IMG/VR virus record: IMGVR_UViG_3300044675_001548
Location: 54,229 to 118,228 of that record
Reading direction: 5' to 3' (one strand)
Source of the DNA: a virus
DNA length: 64,000 nucleotides
Made by a program: the position numbers and the translations under genes. Under the pieces are notes generated by a model that was given only the letters and a program-made list of their open reading frames with translations, made no database searches and had not been told where the DNA came from. Of this stretch, positions 58,601 through 64,000 are shown piece by piece (position 1 is the stretch's first letter; the number at the start of each line of letters is the position of its first letter).

Positions 58601-60473
58601 CTCCACCATATACAAACTTGTATAGGTCTGGATTTGAGCTGTCTACAAAACCACCACTCTCAAAACCACCAGGTAAAACTCTTTTTAAATCCCATAATGA
58701 TTTAACAGACTGACCAACATTTTTTAACATGTCAAGCTTCCCTTGTTGTTCATTTAAATATCTATCTACAATTGTGTTACTTGCAGGAGCTGGATTGGAT
58801 TTTGAATTATTTTTGATACTATTTTTTAACCATTCTGGTACAGGATCATATGTTGATGCTTTTGCCGGGGCTTTACCTGATTCAGTTAAGTGTGCAAAGC
58901 CTTTAGATTTAGCTGTAACAGCAGCTTTACCTTTATTAGTTTGTGCAGATGAAGCTGCAGGTTTGCTTTGACCAGCTTGTTTTGATTTGGTAGCTGTTGT
59001 TGTTTTTGCTGTTGCTGTTTTAGTGGGTACTTTAGCTCCAGTACCTACTGCATCTTTATTAGGGTTGTTATTTACTGCTGGAAGATTTGTTTTAACTTCA
59101 GTTACATCCAACATGTTGTTTGCATTTCTGTCATATGCAGAAGCTGTACCAGGAGTTGATGGTATTATATTACTTTGAACATTATCAGGAACACCATTAC
59201 CGTCCTTATCATACTCAGGATTGTTATTTAAAACTGTAGTATTATTTTTACCAGGATCAGCAGCTTTGTTTACTAACTTGGATACACCTTCTATAGTTTT
59301 TCTTTGTTTAGATTTAGTACCATAACCAGCACCAGGCATCATTCCAAATCCAGGTATAGCAAAGTCACCGCCAAACTCAATAGAATATTGTGATGGTCTT
59401 CCTGTAAGCCAGTTAGATTTTCTAACATCCAACTTCATACCCGGCATAGTTCCTTGTACATGTATAGGTTTTTGCTCAGGCATCATTTGAGGATATGTCA
59501 TGATATTCATTCCCATAGGAAAGAATCCACCCTGTGGAACCATGCCTGCAAATGATTGCATTTGGTTTCTACCAAAACCTCTTGGCATCATTCTACGCAT
59601 TTGTCTTACTGACATACCACGTTGAGCCATTGGTACTTGTTCCATAGGAGGTTGCATAGGAACTTGTTGCTGCATCATAGCTTGTTGCTGTTGTTCCCAC
59701 ATAGCTTCAGCTTTCTCTTTCATTTTAGCTTCTTGAGCTGAACTTGCTAGTGCTGCAACAAACTCATCTTTCTTATTTTTCTTTTTATTATCCATGGTGT
59801 CCATAGGATCAAAACCAGCAGAAGGCTTTTCTTCTTCACCTCCAGCTTGTTTCTTAAGTAATTTCATTACTTGACCTATGTACTTTCTTTTTGTAATACC
59901 ACCTTGTTTATAAAAATTTTGTTTGTCTTGATTGTATTCATAAGGATCATATCCAGTAAAGCTTACTGCATTGTCTTCAGGAATTATATCACCACCTTGT
60001 TGCATGTAGGCTTCTTCAGGTATGTCATCATCATCATCTTCATCTTCTTCATATTCACCATCAGCAGCTGTATCATCATAGTAACCATAGTCATCAGCTA
60101 GACCAGCTTGTCTTTCTTCTTCAGCTTCTTGCTCTTGACGTTCTAATTCTGCTAAGCCTTCATCATATACATCAGTCTCTTCTTCTTCTTGAACTGGTTC
60201 TTGACTTTCAAAATTAGCAGCAATGTTTTCTACCATTTGCTCAGCTTGATCCATAGGAATTTTAGCAGCCACTAACTCACCTATGAGTGAGTCTTTTGTC
60301 ATCTCCATATCAAGCTCATCAGTGTTTGCAAGGGTTTTGTAAACATAATCAGTTATTTGTGATTGCTGATCTTGTTGCCCACCTTCCTGTGCTTTCCGTA
60401 AAAACTTTGCGGTTTTGTTTACAAATTTTCCTTTACCATCTGGAGCTTTGTAAATTCTTACTTTTTTCTTCAT
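55686..60473 (-). CDS. Low-complexity modular putative virion protein with GG-motif punctuation
   Basis: About 11 xxxGG motifs, an internally duplicated module, DxDGxG Ca-binding-like loops, Q/E/D-rich linkers. Confidence 0.6.
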   Translation of the reverse strand: MKKKVRIYKAPDGKGKFVNKTAKFLRKAQEGGQQDQQSQITDYVYKTLANTDELDMEMTKDSLIGELVAAKIPMDQAEQMVENIAANFESQEPVQEEEETDVYDEGLAELERQEQEAEEERQAGLADDYGYYDDTAADGEYEEDEDDDDDIPEEAYMQQGGDIIPEDNAVSFTGYDPYEYNQDKQNFYKQGGITKRKYIGQVMKLLKKQAGGEEEKPSAGFDPMDTMDNKKKNKKDEFVAALASSAQEAKMKEKAEAMWEQQQQAMMQQQVPMQPPMEQVPMAQRGMSVRQMRRMMPRGFGRNQMQSFAGMVPQGGFFPMGMNIMTYPQMMPEQKPIHVQGTMPGMKLDVRKSNWLTGRPSQYSIEFGGDFAIPGFGMMPGAGYGTKSKQRKTIEGVSKLVNKAADPGKNNTTVLNNNPEYDKDGNGVPDNVQSNIIPSTPGTASAYDRNANNMLDVTEVKTNLPAVNNNPNKDAVGTGAKVPTKTATAKTTTATKSKQAGQSKPAASSAQTNKGKAAVTAKSKGFAHLTESGKAPAKASTYDPVPEWLKNSIKNNSKSNPAPASNTIVDRYLNEQQGKLDMLKNVGQSVKSLWDLKRVLPGGFESGGFVDSSNPDLYKFVYGGDDVTTQQDLDYTDSRNTGSPFFAKGGLVKYEKKGEVKDWDKDGDGVPDNLQTKRIVEEKKEEKKEEAKKPEFQAITSKEDYDKRLADEKKKWQDDYTKENQSSGGGGGYDPYGGYVRGGYRPNAFGRYFPANTVRRVGTWSQQQGMPYDPRTGGAFAGGFGPNTNLTKIDVRKSGWLSGRPKKYTMHFSNYNVDPKLAKFLEETSGAKPGSQPSSASSADYSDSASGATANKSAKDPKDFFGYSDAEWDKMSAKEKRQEKRNMKSQEWVDSLPDPEAETEETAYGPSAEEIAARDAATEANKGVIRNFSEVEGVQDDPFGIGMGGGNEEGPSDFEESTTTYDSPDSANNYVQGEWGDVMSDITEVLGEGADAEFNELLKQNPTKGQIDSKLEELIRQRNEVVGKDAAAVERDNLTADAEEEIMNQQSMQRNPMFMGSSGAPAANPNFGATPEIATGEDYQLSDREKAAMDYYEKNRRSEPVDFQPRSARLTESNIFSNRDQAIPNTRKPSEDLYKLAYTDNINAPTLPASQLEGANYEDMLLNSFPQYTDAFEGFASNDEQYLPGTMDGMSEGSVRNREIAAKQQYDQQQAAIRQQQQQASSGSGSQGSKQSRDAGALKEQAFNSDRQGNQAGNWTDDWDIKGVINKNKNQLETLKDSPAGQKTLYAIDTRWQNMSPAQRKNYGDFDNYLKVEGYDKFYNTMQGKIDQIAKPRSKKQKQDSAMEFVPDWMRGIIGKQYGGALSKFVYGDEVTRTSTGTESPVSNTNNPVNPFLRYDDAGKLVIPGFGEPKKDENQQLKSTLNYYEGYGEGDDFSAAPAGSTSTMDESGNEIVMSPDEARRRIEEDSFAIDFKNKDTYELDAQAMLNSGNALARGLFDRLEKRDQRRQNKDFYDKFTSDNLYASDPSRDRGDYDTNTGLYRPNEQGQIWNSRSKQLGGFMQEGGFAEGDVVDMTPEELEEFLANGGEVEIIS

Positions 60474-60497
60474 ATATTAAATATAATAAATTCTAAC

Positions 60498-60524
60498 TAA
60501 ACTACTAAACTTATTAAGTTTAAT
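60498..60524 (-). promoter_or_regulatory. Candidate late-gene regulatory motif, copy B (contains inverted repeat TAAACTT-N3-AAGTTTA)
   Basis: On the - strand ATTAAACTTAATAAGTTTAGTAGTTTA; similar to 53368-53396. Confidence 0.4.
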
Positions 60525-63318
60525 CTAGCTCTTCTACTATGTAACCTCTCTTTATATAATCTTGAATTTCCTTGTTTGACATGGTAGTTACAATACCACC
60601 TTTTTGTTGAGTTGGTAATTCACTGTTTGCATTTTTTAAGTGCCTTCTTATATGTTTTGGTTTTAAATAGTTAAACCCTTTAAAACCTTTTGTGTTAATT
60701 GGAACAAGGTCAGCTCTCTTTGTTGGTAGACCTGACATTGAATTAATTAATCTTATAACACTAAAGGCTGTTCCTGCATCAACACCATCTTTTGAGACAT
60801 CATCATAGATCTCTTGACTACGTGCTATTACATTCAATGGGGTTGTAAGATTATATGCATGATTTGCTGGTGATAGTACACCTGTTAAATCAACTACTGC
60901 ATCAGTCATGTTTGTTAAACCTTCTCTAAATTCTTCTCTGCTTCCATTTGAAAGACCTTCTTGTAATTCACCGGTACCTTTATAAACATTTTCACCAGCT
61001 TTTGTAAGAGTATATCCTCTTAATACATTCTTAACTGTAGGTTGTGCCCAGTCTGGCATATTTTCCATTACTTGACCTGCTTTATTAAGAAGTTGAGTTC
61101 CTTGAGCAGAATCTGTTATATAGTCAATACCTTTTGCATAAGGTGTTGCAGCAGCTTTAACAAGATTTGCTTTAAGTGCAGGGTCTGTAAATTTAGCAAA
61201 ACCTTTAACAGCACTTTTGTATTTATCTTTAAATGGTTTAATATAGGTTTTTGCAAAGTTAAATCCCTCTTTAGTTTTCAACCAGTCTCTAGCAGCCTTC
61301 ATAGTTTTTAGTCCAGGATAAGCAATGATTGCAAGATTAGCTAATTCATCAAGACCTTGACCATACTTTTCTCCAAATCTATTTAATTCACCTTCACGGC
61401 CTGTTGCCAAGTCATAACCTTCCACAAGTGTTGTTCCAACACCCTCTATTGTATCCATAGGATGTCTTGCAACCTCTTGTAAAGCATATGCTGTACTTGC
61501 ACCTTGCACATATGGATTTCCAAGAACAGCTTGAGCTGCTGGACCTACTGCACCTGCGGCTCCTACAAGTGGGATTGCAGTTGCTACTTTACTTACCATA
61601 TCAACAAACTGTGGCACATCTTTCATTGCAGCAGCTTCAGCTTCTTTAGCTGAGTAAACTGCATTAGAACCTTTACCTTGCTTTACATTAGGATCAACAG
61701 CATCTAGTCCATATCCTTTATATAAAGCTGCTACTTGATCACCAGATAAATTAGAATTTCTTATAGCATCCAAGATCTTCATTTTACCTTTTGTGGTATT
61801 AAGATCTTTTAGTTTAAGATTCTGTATGTCTTTGTTGTCTTTTAAGGCAGCTTTGCTTTTAAGATTCTCAAGTCTCTTAAGTTCAGCCTGTGTATCTTCT
61901 TGTTCTTTTCTTAATTCATCTTTGTAAAGTTGTATACCTTTTCTAAGATCTTCAATACTAGAAGAAGCATCAGCTATGTTTAATCTAAACTTTTTACCTT
62001 TGTTTTTTTCTGTAAAGTTTTGATATGCTTGTTTTGCATCTGATAACTGTCTAATAAGACTTGCTTGTACTTTTTTAGACTTGCCATCATATACTGTAGT
62101 TTCTGGTAAGTCTTGTACACCAGGTTTTGTATCACCACCATTATCAAATCTGTTTAATGAAGGTACAGAAATATCTTCTACAACATAACCACCATTAACA
62201 TACTGAGCTATCTCATCATCATCAAGTTCAAGATCTACATACCCACCGTCTTCAAAACCATATTTTATACCTGCTGTTACTCTTGGATTAAAATAACTAC
62301 CAGGCATCATAGTGTTTTGTATACCGGCATTTGCTACAAAGTTTTTACCTAGCTTTTTTTCATAACCAAGTTCCAGATTTGCACTTGGATTAAATAACTT
62401 TCCTGGTTCTGAATAATTACTTAATGTAGCATCACCATATATGTTTCTGTATTTTTTTCTTATACCTATGTCTTGAGTTGATCTAGGTGCAGTGTTTCTA
62501 TTCATGAATGGAACTTCTGCATTTATGTTACCGTGTAATCCAGATTTATGTGACATATCTACATTAGCACCAATAATCTGAGAACCTGGTCTGTTTGAAT
62601 TTGTATACAACCTAGGCTTTATGTTAAAGTTAGGAGGACCACCCTCTTGATAATACTTGGCATTAGGATCAAATACTTTATTCTTTTTAGACTTGGGTTT
62701 TTTAAACAATCTGTTTTCTGTAAACAATCTGTTTGTTGCATCAAGACTTCTTGAATACTTCTTAGAAGCTAAACCTTTCTTACTTGGCTTAGGCATTGGT
62801 ATAAGACCTCTTGTATAACCTCCTCTTTTCATTTGTGGATTATCATCTACACTTTGAACATTCCAATTATCATCAAAGTAAATCATGGAACCATGTTTGG
62901 TTTTTACAGTTTTTGCATTTAATTCTTTTGCTTGTGCTTTCATAGATTCCCAATTAGGAATCCAAAAACCTTCTTCATTATATGAACCAGCATCTTCAAT
63001 AACTGGAATATCACTTCTTGTTCCACCACCCTTACGCATGAAGTCTTCAGGTTGTTCTAACTCTGGCTGCATTCTGTAATTAGTAGTTAGCTCTTCCCCA
63101 GGTTTAAGATCTCTTTTGGCATACACATATCTTTTGTCACCAACCTTAACACTGTACATAGTTGGTTCATCAGAATGATTATGCATTTTACCTAGTGTAC
63201 CTACAGGCTGACCTTGTCTATGAGCAAGACCTATTCTTTCACCTTGCTTAATTGGGTTCTTTGCAAATAAACCTTTATCTGCATTTGGGATTTTAGATTT
63301 AGATACTTTATACTTCAT
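60520..63318 (-). CDS. Modular putative virion polyprotein with N-terminal SET domain
   Basis: SKIPNADKGLFA...NHSDEP...RDLKPGEELTTNY; modules separated by MRKGG, MKRGG, YQEGG, FEDGG, YVNGG, FDNGG, QQKGG. Confidence 0.7.
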   Translation of the reverse strand: MKYKVSKSKIPNADKGLFAKNPIKQGERIGLAHRQGQPVGTLGKMHNHSDEPTMYSVKVGDKRYVYAKRDLKPGEELTTNYRMQPELEQPEDFMRKGGGTRSDIPVIEDAGSYNEEGFWIPNWESMKAQAKELNAKTVKTKHGSMIYFDDNWNVQSVDDNPQMKRGGYTRGLIPMPKPSKKGLASKKYSRSLDATNRLFTENRLFKKPKSKKNKVFDPNAKYYQEGGPPNFNIKPRLYTNSNRPGSQIIGANVDMSHKSGLHGNINAEVPFMNRNTAPRSTQDIGIRKKYRNIYGDATLSNYSEPGKLFNPSANLELGYEKKLGKNFVANAGIQNTMMPGSYFNPRVTAGIKYGFEDGGYVDLELDDDEIAQYVNGGYVVEDISVPSLNRFDNGGDTKPGVQDLPETTVYDGKSKKVQASLIRQLSDAKQAYQNFTEKNKGKKFRLNIADASSSIEDLRKGIQLYKDELRKEQEDTQAELKRLENLKSKAALKDNKDIQNLKLKDLNTTKGKMKILDAIRNSNLSGDQVAALYKGYGLDAVDPNVKQGKGSNAVYSAKEAEAAAMKDVPQFVDMVSKVATAIPLVGAAGAVGPAAQAVLGNPYVQGASTAYALQEVARHPMDTIEGVGTTLVEGYDLATGREGELNRFGEKYGQGLDELANLAIIAYPGLKTMKAARDWLKTKEGFNFAKTYIKPFKDKYKSAVKGFAKFTDPALKANLVKAAATPYAKGIDYITDSAQGTQLLNKAGQVMENMPDWAQPTVKNVLRGYTLTKAGENVYKGTGELQEGLSNGSREEFREGLTNMTDAVVDLTGVLSPANHAYNLTTPLNVIARSQEIYDDVSKDGVDAGTAFSVIRLINSMSGLPTKRADLVPINTKGFKGFNYLKPKHIRRHLKNANSELPTQQKGGIVTTMSNKEIQDYIKRGYIVEELD

Positions 63319-63998
63319 TACCTTAAGGATACTTGGTTTTTAATATTGGATATTTTGAATATCATGTTTACATCACCTGATACCATTCTTGACAAACTTA
63401 AGAAATTTAAATAATGTCTAAACTTCTTTCTTTGCAAAAGTGGTTTTACATAATCTAAGTTAGCTTGATTAAGGAGTCTCTTGTAACCGCTAGGTCCTGT
63501 CTCCCATATCTGTCTCTCATCATAGTTACCTAATAGTTGTGTAGTTCCTGGAATAAGTGGTCCTTGTGGAGGATAACTTGATCCTATCGGAAACTCAGCT
63601 CTATCTTTTGTTATATCCCAGAATTGGTTTAGTCTGTATTTGTTTTCTTCTTTAGAGAATAAGATATCATATCCTGGAACTGGTAAGTATGTTGGGTCTA
63701 CAGATAAAGATGGATTAGGTCTTGGGTATTGTAAACTTAAAGCTACATTATTCTTAGGGAATATATTTAGGTTTAAGTATCCGGAAACTTGCTCTGAGTT
63801 ATATACCAAGGCTCTGTCAAAATTAAAGTCAAGAACATGATACTGGTCAAAGCAATTGTACTCAGATCTTTTATAACACTCTAATATATACTCTACAGAT
63901 TTAATTGTAGTTACTGTTTGTCCTGTTGATACAGGTATCTCTATTTCAAATGGGTAATCTACACCATAGAAGTTACAGTAAGTTCCACATGTTCCACC
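63318..63998 (-). CDS. 3' part of a putative tail stabilization-type structural protein (5' end outside window)
   Basis: The frame stays open past the track's TTG start (63809) to the window edge: ...CNFYGVDYPFEIEIP...VYNSEQVSGYLNL...KKFRHY; resembles crAss-like tail proteins from memory. Confidence 0.5.
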   Translation of the reverse strand, partial: GGTCGTYCNFYGVDYPFEIEIPVSTGQTVTTIKSVEYILECYKRSEYNCFDQYHVLDFNFDRALVYNSEQVSGYLNLNIFPKNNVALSLQYPRPNPSLSVDPTYLPVPGYDILFSKEENKYRLNQFWDITKDRAEFPIGSSYPPQGPLIPGTTQLLGNYDERQIWETGPSGYKRLLNQANLDYVKPLLQRKKFRHYLNFLSLSRMVSGDVNMIFKISNIKNQVSLR

Positions 63999-64000
63999 TG

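Noticed and set aside
26633-63079. Numerous 60-190 aa + strand ORFs over the late arm, and - strand ORFs over the early arm (except 7642-7971)
   Set aside because: They lie antisense to or within long motif-bearing genes and have biased F/L/S/I-rich shadow composition.
25831-63318. Stop-codon reassignment (TAG/TGA), known in some crAss-like phages
   Set aside because: Multi-kilobase genes are intact and tile densely under the standard code; TAA, TAG and TGA all end genes at tight junctions.
1-64000. tRNA/rRNA genes, transposases, integrase, reverse transcriptase/DGR
   Set aside because: None recognised by eye, and intergenic gaps are mostly too short; tRNAscan-SE and HMM searches were not run.

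Overview
The window is a 64-kb segment of an AT-rich tailed-phage genome. It most resembles crAss-like (Crassvirales-related) phages of Bacteroidota. Evidence: a giant virion-type RNA polymerase gene with a DFDVD motif, a family-B DNA polymerase, a DnaG-like primase and DnaB-like helicase module, and a TTG-N19-TAnnTTTG Bacteroidota-type promoter. Two convergent arms meet at a terminator near 25.65 kb. The + arm (1-25665) holds early and replication genes: ParB-like protein, SF2 helicase, ClpS, small envelope proteins, UNG, helicase, AAA_24 ATPase, SSB-like protein, primase, GIY-YIG nuclease, a DUF6878/DUF6915/VWA-zincin/AAA+/BRCT-like cluster, PD-(D/E)XK exonuclease, PolB and a MazG-like enzyme. 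The - arm (25684-64000) holds probable virion cargo and ejection proteins of 932, 1595, 756, 1122, 2267, 3829 and 1943 aa. Most striking observations: (1) The three largest consecutive proteins (8039 aa in total) contain only four Cys, all at the abutting termini, which suggests a head-to-tail disulfide chain in gene order. (2) Three proteins are divided by recurring hydrophobic-x-x-Gly-Gly motifs into modules, one of which is a SET-type methyltransferase, which suggests processed polyproteins. (3) A PP2C-type phosphatase domain appears inserted into a nuclease domain of an ejection protein. All family calls are by eye from motifs; no database searches were run.
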